Positions 9,278 through 19,458 of a stretch of DNA of 64,000 nucleotides are shown in pieces. Position 1 is the first letter of the stretch; the number at the start of each line of letters is the position of its first letter. Source of the stretch: Cyclobacteriaceae bacterium (lineage in GTDB: Bacteria > Bacteroidota > Bacteroidia > Cytophagales > Cyclobacteriaceae); contig JAOUDZ010000008.1 in NCBI GenBank assembly GCA_029858965.1, positions 19,971 to 83,970 of the forward strand. The letters are read 5' to 3'. Both the position numbers and the translations under genes were made by a program. The notes beneath the pieces are model-generated. The model had not been told where the DNA came from. It saw only the letters and a list, made by a program, of their open reading frames with translations, and did not search any database.

Positions 9278-10990
9278 CTATAGGTTGCCGGACTTACCCT
9301 GCTTCACGGCATAATCCACAGCGCGCGCCGTAAGGGCCATATAGGTCAAAGATGGATTTTGTGTACCCGTTGAAGTCATGCATGCACCATCAGTGACAAA
9401 AACATTCTTACAAGCATGCAACTGATTCCATTTATTGAGTATTGAAGTCTTTGGGTCGTTACCCATTCTGGCACCTCCCATTTCGTGTATATCCAAACCG
9501 GGAGCCTGTTTTGAATCACTTGTCTGAATATTCGTAAACCCTGCCTTAGTATACATTTCTGTGAACTGTTCGAAGAAATCATTAATCATCTTCTCATCAT
9601 TGTCATCATAGTCGATTGACACATTCAACAAAGGTATTCCCCACGCATCCTGTTGTTCCTTATGGAGTGAAACAAAGTTGCTTTCCTTGGGAATAGTCTC
9701 TCCCATCATTTGTGATCCTACACGCCAATTACCCAGTGTTGGATGCAAAAGACTGTTTTTCAGATCTTCACCTGAAGCATCTCTTGACTGGTTAACCCGG
9801 CGAGAGGCACCGAAGCCTGAAGCATATCCACGGAGAAAATCAGTCTCTTGCTTTCTCACGTTACGGAAACGAGGTATATAGCAACCGTTAGGCCGCTTAC
9901 CATACTTTGTAAATTCATCATACCCATCATACTCTGCGGAAATCCTTGCTCTGTAATTGTGAAAGGCAATAAACTTCCCAAGCAATCCATTGTCATTCCC
10001 CAAACCATCTGGGAATCGTGCAGAGGTTGAGTTTAGCAAAATAAGATTTGAATTCAATGCCGCCGCGTTCAGAAAAATAAGATTGGCAAAATATGCTGTG
10101 GATTCTTTCGTATTCGCATCAATTACCCTGACACCCTTTGCCTTTCCTTTTTGCTCATCGTATATAATGGAGTGAACTACTGAATGGGGACGTAGCGTGA
10201 GATTACCTGTCCGCTGCGCCCAGGGAATTGTGGAGGAATTGCTGCTAAAGTATCCGCCAAACGGGCAGCCGCGTTGGCATAAACTTCTGTATTGGCACGT
10301 TCCTCTTCCCTGTTCATTGAAAATAGGTTTCGATTCGGTTATGTGTGCGCACCTGCCAATGATAACATGGCGATTCTTATACGAAGAGGCCACATGATCA
10401 CTAAAATACTTTTCTACACATGTCATTTCCATAGGTGCCAGGAACTCACCATCGGGTAATTCAGGTATGCCATCCCGATTACCTGAAATTCCCACAAACC
10501 GCTCCACATGACTATACCAGGGATCAATATCTTTGTAGCGGATAGGCCAGTCGACAGCAAATCCATCCCTGGCAGGACCCGTAAAATCAAAGTCACTCCA
10601 GCGTTGCGTCATTCTCGCCCAGAGCAATGACTTCCCCCCAACCTGATATCCACGAATCCAGTCAAAGGGTTTTTCCTGGACATATGGATGCTCCTGATCC
10701 TTGACAAAAAAATGCTGGGCATCTTCGCGGAAAGCATAACAGCGACTTACGATCGGATTTGCTTTTTCAGTTTCGAGCGGAATTTGTCCCCTGTGCTCAA
10801 ATTCCCAGGGCTTCATGTTTGTAGTGGGATAATCCACCAGGTGCTTTACATCGCGACCCCGTTCCAACACAAGGGTTTTTAGTCCCTTTTCTGTTAATTC
10901 TTTTGCGGCCCATCCCCCACTCATGCCTGATCCAATGACGATGGCATCGAAGCTATTTCCACCTTCAGCATTATTATTTTGAAAACTCAT
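9278..10990 (-). CDS. GMC family FAD oxidoreductase (glucoside/aldose 3-dehydrogenase-like catalytic subunit)
   Basis: IVIGSGMSGGWAAKEL Rossmann motif, Cys cluster CQYRSLCQRGCP, IHEMGGARMG and NPSLTYMAL C-terminal motifs. Confidence 0.9.
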   Translation of the reverse strand: MSFQNNNAEGGNSFDAIVIGSGMSGGWAAKELTEKGLKTLVLERGRDVKHLVDYPTTNMKPWEFEHRGQIPLETEKANPIVSRCYAFREDAQHFFVKDQEHPYVQEKPFDWIRGYQVGGKSLLWARMTQRWSDFDFTGPARDGFAVDWPIRYKDIDPWYSHVERFVGISGNRDGIPELPDGEFLAPMEMTCVEKYFSDHVASSYKNRHVIIGRCAHITESKPIFNEQGRGTCQYRSLCQRGCPFGGYFSSNSSTIPWAQRTGNLTLRPHSVVHSIIYDEQKGKAKGVRVIDANTKESTAYFANLIFLNAAALNSNLILLNSTSARFPDGLGNDNGLLGKFIAFHNYRARISAEYDGYDEFTKYGKRPNGCYIPRFRNVRKQETDFLRGYASGFGASRRVNQSRDASGEDLKNSLLHPTLGNWRVGSQMMGETIPKESNFVSLHKEQQDAWGIPLLNVSIDYDDNDEKMINDFFEQFTEMYTKAGFTNIQTSDSKQAPGLDIHEMGGARMGNDPKTSILNKWNQLHACKNVFVTDGACMTSTGTQNPSLTYMALTARAVDYAVKQGKSGNL

Positions 10991-11562
10991 CCGATTACAT
11001 TTTGTATGTCGTTGTGATCCTTTATTTCAATACATCCATCAAATCTTCCTGGCACCATATTATATACCAATACGTTTGTCATAATGTATTCTGAATTAAG
11101 ATATCCCTGGATCGTATATCTTTTGGTAATGGTATACAAAGCAGGAAGTTGGCTTTCATGTTGGTCGCCAATTACCCCAGGCTCTTTCTTTTCTTCTAAT
11201 TCGGCAAACAGGGTCATTCTTTCCTCGGTTGTACAATCAGCAAAGGATTTCTCATATCGTCTGTTTATTGCCTCTTCCACCTGACCCAATCCGCTAACAA
11301 AATCTTGTTGATTTTCAGCATCCTGGCAATCGTCGACCATACGCAATACAAACTGATGTACATTGAGTTCCTTTGCGCCGGGCGTATCGGTTGCGGGTAT
11401 AATCGTGCCGACAATTTCAGCCAACAGTGCTTCCTGATCTCCCGTGATGACGATATTCTTTAAGGCTATTGAAACCTGCTTCGCCTCGCGGACGCACGCT
11501 GGTAACAACATTGCTCCAGCAGTCAAAAAACCCATTTGTTTCAATGCAATTCTCCTGTTCAT
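10987..11562 (-). CDS. Gluconate 2-dehydrogenase subunit 3 family protein (TAT partner of the GMC enzyme)
   Basis: Real start is likely the ATG at 11562 (MNRRIALK twin-arginine); IIPATDTPGA and TIQGYLNSE motifs; 4-nt overlap with the GMC gene. The ORF-track extension to 11682 overlaps the sulfatase gene. Confidence 0.85.
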   Translation of the reverse strand: MNRRIALKQMGFLTAGAMLLPACVREAKQVSIALKNIVITGDQEALLAEIVGTIIPATDTPGAKELNVHQFVLRMVDDCQDAENQQDFVSGLGQVEEAINRRYEKSFADCTTEERMTLFAELEEKKEPGVIGDQHESQLPALYTITKRYTIQGYLNSEYIMTNVLVYNMVPGRFDGCIEIKDHNDIQNVIG

Positions 11563-11591
11563 AAGTACCTGAAAAAGTATTCTTCCTGAAT

Positions 11592-13184
11592 TTAGTAAAT
11601 TCCCTGATTTCGATGGTCTCCACCGCGTTTCTTGACTGTTCGCTTTAAAGGGATCGTCATTCCCCCTGTCGCTTCGAGCCAATCGTAGATGTCACCGGTA
11701 AGCTCCTCGATTAATGCCTGGTGCTCAGGGCTGCCGATTAAGTTGTTCATCTCGTTTGGATCTTCCTGAAGGTCATAGAATTCATTCGTATCCCAAATTC
11801 CATGGTAGCGAATAAGCTTGTACCGATTTGTTCTTACGCCGTGCATCGTCGGTGTTTGTGGAAAATCGTACTCCCAATAGTACTCATAGAATACCTTATC
11901 ACGCCATGCGGCTCCGCCTTCTTCCAGCAAAGGGATAATGGATTTTCCATGCATCTGTGCAGGTTTCTGAACCCCGGCAACTTCCAGAATTGTAGGGGCC
12001 ACATCAATATTCTGAATCATAGCTTCCATTGTTTGGTTGCCTTTGAAGATTTCCGGACAACGAATAAGGAAAGGCACCTTTGCCGATTCCTCATAAAAGT
12101 GCCGCTTATCAATCAATCCATGTTCCCCAAAAGAGAATCCATTATCGCCCATATAAATAACAAGCGTCGATTCCGCCAAACCTTCCTTGTCAAGAAACGA
12201 CAGCAATGCCCCAACGCTCTCATCAACACCCAAAAGTGTTTCGCAATAGCGTTTGTAGAAGTCAGCGAAATCAATTCGCCCGTGGTACATATAATCCACT
12301 CCGTGCCAGCTTTCCCGCTGCATTTTCTGCCAGTCAGGCGTACGTCCTTTACCATAGTATTCTTCGCCAGAATAAGGCGTCTTGCGTGTGGCTTCCTGGT
12401 CTATGGAAAGATTAGTAGCACGCTTCCCGGTCACCTGCGAATCGGAAGTCCGGAACGAGGGTGGCAACGTAAGAGGTTCATTTTTGTAAGTACCTGCATG
12501 ACGCCGCGCTGGGTTGAATTCAGCGTGCACAGCCTTGTGCGACAGGTATAAAAAGAAAGGTTTATCCGCATCCCGTTTAGTCAGCCAATCCAACGCATGA
12601 TCCGTCAACAAATCCGTGATGTATGTTGAATCTTTATAGGCAACCTGCTTTCCATTAATATTCAAGGTGGGGTTATAATATTGCCCCTGCCCCTTAAAGC
12701 TCTCCCAATGATCAAAGCCGGGTCTGGGATCGTCACTATCCCCTCCCATGTGCCATTTTCCGAAGAAGCTAGTTTGGTAGCCGACTTTCCGCAGGTATTG
12801 CGGAAAAAAAATTAAATTGGGAGGATCCGGGGCCTGATTATCTACAACGGTATGCGTATGCGAATAAAGTCCAGTTAATATTGAGGCGCGACTTGGCGAA
12901 CAGAGCGATGTAGTGACAAAAGTATTCCTGAAATAAGCGCCTTCCTTAGCAAGTCGATCCATGTTCGGGGTTTTAAGCCAGGGAACCTTACCTGTAAATC
13001 CCATAAAATCAAATCGATGATCATCTGACAAAATAAAAATGACGTTCCGTGGTTTTACGCCCTCCATTTGCACAACCTCCAGATCCGGCTGACCCGTTTC
13101 CTCTGAAACAGAATTGGTTTTGCAACCAATCATACTGCAAGCCAATAGAACCGTGATGTGAATTCTTATCATAATGTGAAGCAA
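11592..13184 (-). CDS. Cys-type sulfatase (S1 family), probable lipoprotein
   Basis: NVIFILSDDHR, LCSPSRASILTG, GKWHMG, YMGDNG; signal ending SMIGC. Probable start is the ATG at 13172. Confidence 0.93.
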   Translation of the reverse strand: MLHIMIRIHITVLLACSMIGCKTNSVSEETGQPDLEVVQMEGVKPRNVIFILSDDHRFDFMGFTGKVPWLKTPNMDRLAKEGAYFRNTFVTTSLCSPSRASILTGLYSHTHTVVDNQAPDPPNLIFFPQYLRKVGYQTSFFGKWHMGGDSDDPRPGFDHWESFKGQGQYYNPTLNINGKQVAYKDSTYITDLLTDHALDWLTKRDADKPFFLYLSHKAVHAEFNPARRHAGTYKNEPLTLPPSFRTSDSQVTGKRATNLSIDQEATRKTPYSGEEYYGKGRTPDWQKMQRESWHGVDYMYHGRIDFADFYKRYCETLLGVDESVGALLSFLDKEGLAESTLVIYMGDNGFSFGEHGLIDKRHFYEESAKVPFLIRCPEIFKGNQTMEAMIQNIDVAPTILEVAGVQKPAQMHGKSIIPLLEEGGAAWRDKVFYEYYWEYDFPQTPTMHGVRTNRYKLIRYHGIWDTNEFYDLQEDPNEMNNLIGSPEHQALIEELTGDIYDWLEATGGMTIPLKRTVKKRGGDHRNQGIY

Positions 13185-13428
13185 AATTCAACAATAAAAA
13201 TGAGCATCTTGGTGTACAACCCTGAAAACTATTTTTTAACTGGCCCTATATTTTGTTTATCGGCACCCTTCATCCCTTGTATGCTGAAAGAAAATTACAA
13301 AAAATTTACAGACTGCTCATTGCTATATCAGTTTCCCTGGCATACCCAGGTCTCAAACAAATTGGTAACTTGGGAGACTCGCGAGGAAATTCCATGAATT
13401 GATAACTTTAAAATCATAATCCTGATCT

Positions 13429-14673
13429 ATGAAAAAGACATTATATCCCTTCCTACTTATGCTGCTTGTTGCTTGTAGCAATCGGGGAAGCAAGGAAACA
13501 GCGGTGCCTGAACAACCTTCAACAACTATGGATTACAGAATAGGGACATTTGGATACGACCTTAACTTTCTCAGACAGCACCACGAGGATGCAATATTGC
13601 TGCACGATGAAACCAATACAGCACAAATTATCGTTTTGCCCGCTTACCAGGCAAGGGTCATGACCAGTACTGCAAGGGGCAATGGCGGCGATAGTTTTGG
13701 CTGGCTCAACTATGACCTTATCGCTTCTCAAAAACCATCTGAACATATGCATGCTTTCGGTGGCGAAGAACGATTCTGGTTAGGCCCGGAAGGTGGTCAG
13801 TTTTCAATCTACTTCAAGAAAGGGGTAGCGTTTACTTTTGACAACTGGCTCGTACCCAAGGAAATCGACACCGAGCCCTTTACGCTTGTGGGCTCTTCTC
13901 AGGAAGAAGCAAAGTTTGAAAAAGAAATGCACTTTGAAAATTATTCGGGTACCCAATTCGATTTACTTGTTAACCGAAATATCCGGCTGCTGGGTAGAAG
14001 CAAAATTGAAAGCTTATTGAACATCACGGTGCCGGCAGATGTAGAGACCGTTGCCTTTGAATCCGAGAACATCCTCACCAACAAAGGGAAACAGGCGTGG
14101 AACAAGGAAACAGGAATGTTGTCTATTTGGATACTCAGCATGATGAATGCTTCAGACCAGACAACAGTTGCCATTCCATTTAAACAAGGAGATCAAAGCG
14201 TTCTTGGCAAGGTGGTCACGGACGATTATTTTGGCAAAGTACCCTCCGATCGTTTAGCCGTCCGGAATGGCGTAATTCTCTTTAAGGCTGACGGGAAACA
14301 CCGTAGTAAAATTGGCATTTCCCCACTACGGGCATTGCGGCTGGTGACAAGCTATGACGCTGTTAATACTGTGCTCACGATTGCGGAATTTACTTTGCCG
14401 GAAGGTGAAACTGATTACGTAAATTCTTTGTGGGAACTCCAGCAAGACCCTTTTAACGGAGATGCCATTAATGCATACAATGACGGCCCTGTGAATGGAA
14501 TCCAAATGGGAGACCTGTATGAAATTGAAAGTTCCTCACCTGCCGCAGCGTTATCATCGGAAGAAAGCTTAACCCACTACCACCGGACGATCCATTTAAA
14601 AGGATCCAAAGAAGGGCTGGATAAGATTGCACTCAAATTACTGGGAATTCATCTGGATGAAATTTCACTTTAA
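13429..14673 (+). CDS. DUF6786-like lipoprotein (function unknown)
   Basis: Lipobox LVAC; GGEERFWLGPEGGQFSIYF and YEIESSSPAA motifs that I recall for this Bacteroidota family. Confidence 0.65.
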   Translation: MKKTLYPFLLMLLVACSNRGSKETAVPEQPSTTMDYRIGTFGYDLNFLRQHHEDAILLHDETNTAQIIVLPAYQARVMTSTARGNGGDSFGWLNYDLIASQKPSEHMHAFGGEERFWLGPEGGQFSIYFKKGVAFTFDNWLVPKEIDTEPFTLVGSSQEEAKFEKEMHFENYSGTQFDLLVNRNIRLLGRSKIESLLNITVPADVETVAFESENILTNKGKQAWNKETGMLSIWILSMMNASDQTTVAIPFKQGDQSVLGKVVTDDYFGKVPSDRLAVRNGVILFKADGKHRSKIGISPLRALRLVTSYDAVNTVLTIAEFTLPEGETDYVNSLWELQQDPFNGDAINAYNDGPVNGIQMGDLYEIESSSPAAALSSEESLTHYHRTIHLKGSKEGLDKIALKLLGIHLDEISL

Positions 14674-14684
14674 CACGTAGGGCA

Positions 14685-15548
14685 CTATAAGCTCTTGAGG
14701 AACTTAATACTCTTCGGTACCTGGACGTTAACTGAACTACTTTCGTCTTCTATGTAATAGTATTTGATGGCAGATTTTTTGGCTGCAATGATTGCTTCCC
14801 TTACGTTAATCTGACCTGTTCCTAGTGCCACATCATTCTCTACGGAGGTAGATCCAGTAAAGTCCCCCTCAACACCCTTTCGAAGGTCCTTCACATGCAT
14901 AAGTTTAAATCGCTGACCATATTCTTCCAGGAGTTCGACGGGATCGGCGCCGCCATGAAAGGCCCAGAGAATATCCAATTCAAAACTCACAAAAGCCGGA
15001 TTTGTATTCGCGACAATAAAATCAAATAGCGTTCCGCTCTCATAAGGTGAGAATTCATATCCATGATTGTGATAGCAAAAAGTTAAAGCAAACGTCTCCT
15101 CCAATGTTTTACCGGCAGCATTAAAATCCTTAATTGCTTTCTGAGCAGTTTCAATCGTGAAAGGCCCATCGTGCGGTATCCACGCAACCCGAACAAACGA
15201 AGCCCCTAATGTTTTCGCATTTTGACCCACTTCATCCGTTTTATTAACAAGGTCCAGATAGCTCACACCGAAAGAAGTGCACCGCATCCCTCTCTCATCC
15301 AACATCTTTCTTATCTCAATTGCCGTCTTACCGAAAAGACTGGAAAATTCAATATTCGTAATGCCGAGGCCCTTTATCGTATCCAGTGTGGCAGCAATAT
15401 CCCTTTCGAAACTGTGCCGATAGGTATATGAAACTATTCCTGGTGTCTCCTTTAACGTTTTACCAAACCGCTGTGCTGTTGCCGTGAATGACAACGAACT
15501 CAGCAATACCAAATACAAACTGATTTTCAAACTTTTGCTGGTGAACAT
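14685..15548 (-). CDS. Sugar phosphate isomerase/epimerase family TIM-barrel (xylose isomerase-like) with signal peptide
   Basis: FCYHNHGYEF, FELDILWA, LMHVKD, YYIEDE metal-binding pattern. Confidence 0.88.
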   Translation of the reverse strand: MFTSKSLKISLYLVLLSSLSFTATAQRFGKTLKETPGIVSYTYRHSFERDIAATLDTIKGLGITNIEFSSLFGKTAIEIRKMLDERGMRCTSFGVSYLDLVNKTDEVGQNAKTLGASFVRVAWIPHDGPFTIETAQKAIKDFNAAGKTLEETFALTFCYHNHGYEFSPYESGTLFDFIVANTNPAFVSFELDILWAFHGGADPVELLEEYGQRFKLMHVKDLRKGVEGDFTGSTSVENDVALGTGQINVREAIIAAKKSAIKYYYIEDESSSVNVQVPKSIKFLKSL

Positions 15549-15576
15549 GTGCCATAATTTATAAACGGCTTCAATA

Positions 15577-15787
15577 TTAGTTAAATTTTGTCATTTGATT
15601 TTGCACCAGGCAGTTTCGCTGCAAAAAACACAAATTCGTACTACCAGATTGCTGAACCTGAGGCCGGTGAATTTCTCTGTAAATTTCTTGACCACCTCCA
15701 GCCTGCCCCCCATCCCTTTTACAGGAAAATGGCAATACCGCGAACATTAATAGCAAAATACTAAAGTGTCCCAATCGCAGAATTCAT
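15577..15787 (-). pseudogene. Truncated 5-prime remnant of a probable GH32 lipoprotein gene
   Basis: Signal peptide ending PFSC, then EIYREIHRPQ (the GH32 N-terminal Y-x-E-x-x-RPQ-FHF lead-in), after which similarity stops. The ATG at 15787 is one base out of frame. Confidence 0.55.
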
Positions 15788-15826
15788 ATTACTTAATACC
15801 CCCTCGATGAAAGTGAAATAAAATTT

Positions 15827-17566
15827 CTATTCATCAGGATTTCTTATCATAACCTCGCGAATCAATTCAATCGGAGGCATTCCATTATCCAACAGCGTGT
15901 CATGGAATTTCTGTAGGGAAAAATTTTCGCCTTCCTGCTCTTTATAATCCTCGCGCAACTGCAGAATTTGCAGCTTACCAAGCGTGTACGATAGGTACCC
16001 CGGATCAAAGGTACCACGCAGGGCCTCCTGGTAAGCTGGCTTGTAATCATAGTAGGCGTTTTCCTGGAAAAACTTCGTTGCGTCTGCAAGACTCATCCCT
16101 TCGCAGTGCGTTTTTACAGAAACACAAAGCCTGCATAGCCGCAGTAGCGATTCGTTTATCTGCGCCAAGTGGTACTTATCAGCTGTAAGGGGATCCGTCG
16201 CTCCAAACCCCTCCTCGATCATCATCTTTTCCGTGTAGTGCGCCCAGCCTTCTATGAACGCATAGCTGCCAAACACTTTTTCAATTTTCGTAGCCCCAGA
16301 CGCGTTCAAATGAAGAAACTGAACATAATGGCCCGGGTATGCTTCGTGAATAGAAACCATATCCGTCATGTAATAGTTAAACATAGAGAGCCATTCTTCC
16401 TGCTGTTTGTCAGTCCAGTCCTTCTCGACAGGAGTTATATAATAAAACGCCTGTGTGGCTTTCTTTTCAAATGGCCCTGGGGTATCCATTGATGCTGTGC
16501 TGGTTGAACGGGCAAATTGGGGAGTCTCCTGCAATGAAACGCGCACCTCGGATGGAAGTGAAATTATTTTATGATCAACCAGGTACTGGCGGATTGATTC
16601 AAGGTTTTTCTTTGCATCAGGAATCAGATTTTCGGCCGTTGGATGATTTTTCTTGAGAGATTCGAATACCTCAATTGGAGTACTTGCTGGATCTATCTTT
16701 TTGGCTACTTCGGCGAAAAGGTCCTGTTCCTTCTTTAGCTCATTCAGCCCCATAGCCAAAATGGCCTCAGGCGTTATGGTCAGCATCTCATTATACAGCA
16801 GCATCTTCTGGTAATTCTCTTTTCCGATAGCATAATGATTATGCGCCTTCGGTAGTTTTTCCCTTTCCAGGTAGACAGCAAAGTTTCTTAGTTCAGTTAT
16901 GGCCAATTCATTGCTGCGGGCAAATGAAGCCTGTAAAGAATCATCTTCAACCGACTGTAAAGCTATGGATATATCATTTTCAAGAAAATCAGCAGCTCCA
17001 CGCGCAATAAGGATTGCTGTTTCGATATATGGTTTTGCAAGTGAGTCTGCCAAATTTTCGCGGGCAGCACTGAAAATATCAGGTGCTTTTTCTTCCATAG
17101 TAATTATATATCCCATCCTGTCTTTTAGTGGAGCAAAGTCGCGTTGAACATATATATTAAGGTCAAGCACACCGGCATAGGTCATCGGGTTTTTAGTGTA
17201 CTTTTCGATGTCCTCAAATGAAAAAATTTCCTGGCGAATGGCGGATAACAAAATGCGGTAGTCAAAAAACATCCTCTGGCTTAAAGAAGCTGCAGGAAAT
17301 AAAACCAGTTTTTGTTCATAATCCTTAAGCCGGGCAAGCTCGGCAGCGAGAGCAGCTTTGCTATAATCCGTAATTTTTCCGTCATAAGCATGTAAGCCCA
17401 GGTATGTTCCCACTTGGGGGCGCGCTGCCAGATACCCATCCAAAAAATCATCGGATAGACTGACAAAAGCAGAGTCCGGACTATTCGCATTTATCGCTTT
17501 GTGTTTGCTCTGATTACATCCCGCAATGCAGGCGGCCAACAGAAAAAGGAATGGAATGAATTTCAT
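15827..17566 (-). CDS. DUF885 family lipoprotein
   Basis: Lipobox IAGC; HEAYPGHYVQ, EGWAHYTE, YLSYTLGKLQIL, FHDTLLDNG motifs. Confidence 0.9.
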   Translation of the reverse strand: MKFIPFLFLLAACIAGCNQSKHKAINANSPDSAFVSLSDDFLDGYLAARPQVGTYLGLHAYDGKITDYSKAALAAELARLKDYEQKLVLFPAASLSQRMFFDYRILLSAIRQEIFSFEDIEKYTKNPMTYAGVLDLNIYVQRDFAPLKDRMGYIITMEEKAPDIFSAARENLADSLAKPYIETAILIARGAADFLENDISIALQSVEDDSLQASFARSNELAITELRNFAVYLEREKLPKAHNHYAIGKENYQKMLLYNEMLTITPEAILAMGLNELKKEQDLFAEVAKKIDPASTPIEVFESLKKNHPTAENLIPDAKKNLESIRQYLVDHKIISLPSEVRVSLQETPQFARSTSTASMDTPGPFEKKATQAFYYITPVEKDWTDKQQEEWLSMFNYYMTDMVSIHEAYPGHYVQFLHLNASGATKIEKVFGSYAFIEGWAHYTEKMMIEEGFGATDPLTADKYHLAQINESLLRLCRLCVSVKTHCEGMSLADATKFFQENAYYDYKPAYQEALRGTFDPGYLSYTLGKLQILQLREDYKEQEGENFSLQKFHDTLLDNGMPPIELIREVMIRNPDE

Positions 17567-17661
17567 AGCATAACTATTTAAGATTACAAGAACATAATTT
17601 TAGGATTAACCATAGAAACTCATGCCCTGAAATCATTTTACCGACAGGCGTTCATGATTAA

Positions 17662-19458
17662 TCATTGCCGCCTTTCCAGCTCAATAGATTTTAATTCAGC
17701 CACTTCACTTTTACTGATGACTGGTGCGGAGATAACGATTCTGCTATTCCCGGCAGGTACCTCCAGGATCCCCATTTCCAGTCGCTTCCAAAGTTTTTCA
17801 TAGACTTCTTTTCTCTTGACGCGATCCGGACTTGGCATAAAATCGGGATTGTATGCATCTGTTATCTTTTGTACAATACTGCTATTGCCTATGGCGATCT
17901 TCACTTGAGACCCTACCTGCCCTTCGGGGCAGGTATAATTCAAGTAAATGGTAAACAACTGGTCTTTTGGTGACTCAACTTCCCAACTGATTGAATCACG
18001 GGTACTCGTCCAGTTCACCAGCCAATCATGTACCCAACCGTGCCCTTCTTTGTAGCGAAGGTTGCCGCCAAAGGTAGACTCATACGTTGGGAGCTCAATG
18101 ACCTTGCTCGCCGGACTGATGGGGATACGTGGAATGGGCTGCAACGATTGGCTTACTTCGGCGAACCAGGCTTGGTAATCCTCATACAGTTGATCTGCAA
18201 TATCTGGATTCTGTTGCCTGATATCAGTTTCCTGTGCAGGGTCAATTGCGATGTTGTACAATGCTTTCACCTCTGCCTGCACGATCAATGTAAAAGGATA
18301 CTTTCTTACAGAAGCCGGAAAAGCTTTGATGGGAAGTTGTGGTTGCGCTACATGGGAAAACAACTCCCTTTCCAACACCTGCTTTTCCCCTTTCAACGCT
18401 TGCGCCAAACTTACCCCATCGAGCGGCTTAGTTTCAATCATGCTCAGGCCACATAGGTCTACCAGCGTAGGCAAAATGTCAACATGTGCGCCTGGAAGAT
18501 TGATAGCGCCCGGTTTGATTATTCCAGGCCAACGCCAGAAGCAGGGGACTCTCACACCACCTTCATCTACGCTGCCTTTAATACCTTTCATGCCGCCGTT
18601 GTAGCGAACACCATTTGGTCCGTTGTCGGTCAGAAAAATTACAATAGTCTCTTTGTCGAGCCCCAAGGCATCGAGCTTCTTCAGCAGGCGACCCACATTT
18701 ACATCAATGTTATCGACCATCCCATAGATGCTGGCTAACTCGTCATCTAGCCCCTTTGCTTTGTATTTGTTAAAGTATTCATCCGGAACCTGATGCGGAC
18801 TATGGGGAGCGTTATAGGGCACATAACAAAAAAAGGAACTGTCCTTATTGTTTTCCATGAATGCCAGGGCCTTGTCTGTTAGGATATCAGTTATATATCC
18901 TTTCGTTTGAACTTTCTCGCCGTTGTGCTCAAGTTCCGTATCGAAATAATTTGACCAATGTCCGCCACAAAAACCAAAAAATTCATCGAAACCCTGACCC
19001 AATGGATGGTTTGGCATATGCTGACCGTTGTGCCATTTCCCAAAAATTCCCGTTTTATAACCGTTCGCCTTAAAAATTTCTGCCAGCGTAACTTCGCCGC
19101 TCTGCATAATTTCCATTCCTTTTGAAACAGATATTGTTCCGGTGCGCAAATGATACCTGCCGGTGAGCAGACTGGCGCGGGTTGGTGCACATAAGGGGCT
19201 TACATAAAACCGATCAAATTGCGCAGATTCATGTGCAAGTGAATCCAGGGTCGGGGTATTGATATCCGGGTTACCATGAATGCTAAGGTCACCATAGCCC
19301 TGATCGTCTGTCAGGATGATCAACACGTTAGGCTTCACACTTTGCTGCTGTACTTCTGCACGACGGCATTGTGACAGCATCAATAAACCTGCAATGACTG
19401 TAAAAAAGCGTGCGGTAAAGCTAAAACTCATATAAATGACTTTTGTTTCGACCATCAC
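17662..19458 (-). CDS. Cys-type arylsulfatase with C-terminal accessory beta domain
   Basis: PNVLIILTDDQGYGD, LCAPTRASLLTGRY, GKWHNG, LTDNG; start overlaps the cytochrome c stop. Confidence 0.92.
   Translation of the reverse strand: MMVETKVIYMSFSFTARFFTVIAGLLMLSQCRRAEVQQQSVKPNVLIILTDDQGYGDLSIHGNPDINTPTLDSLAHESAQFDRFYVSPLCAPTRASLLTGRYHLRTGTISVSKGMEIMQSGEVTLAEIFKANGYKTGIFGKWHNGQHMPNHPLGQGFDEFFGFCGGHWSNYFDTELEHNGEKVQTKGYITDILTDKALAFMENNKDSSFFCYVPYNAPHSPHQVPDEYFNKYKAKGLDDELASIYGMVDNIDVNVGRLLKKLDALGLDKETIVIFLTDNGPNGVRYNGGMKGIKGSVDEGGVRVPCFWRWPGIIKPGAINLPGAHVDILPTLVDLCGLSMIETKPLDGVSLAQALKGEKQVLERELFSHVAQPQLPIKAFPASVRKYPFTLIVQAEVKALYNIAIDPAQETDIRQQNPDIADQLYEDYQAWFAEVSQSLQPIPRIPISPASKVIELPTYESTFGGNLRYKEGHGWVHDWLVNWTSTRDSISWEVESPKDQLFTIYLNYTCPEGQVGSQVKIAIGNSSIVQKITDAYNPDFMPSPDRVKRKEVYEKLWKRLEMGILEVPAGNSRIVISAPVISKSEVAELKSIELERRQ

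Noticed and set aside
11802-12551. 249-aa plus-strand ORF
   Set aside because: Lies wholly antisense to the well-supported sulfatase and has no motifs; treated as a shadow ORF, like most short overlapping ORFs in the track.
13330-13392. Calling the three-way junction a TPP riboswitch
   Set aside because: It lacks the P2 helix and the CUGAU and GCG junction elements, and the flanking genes are unrelated to thiamine.
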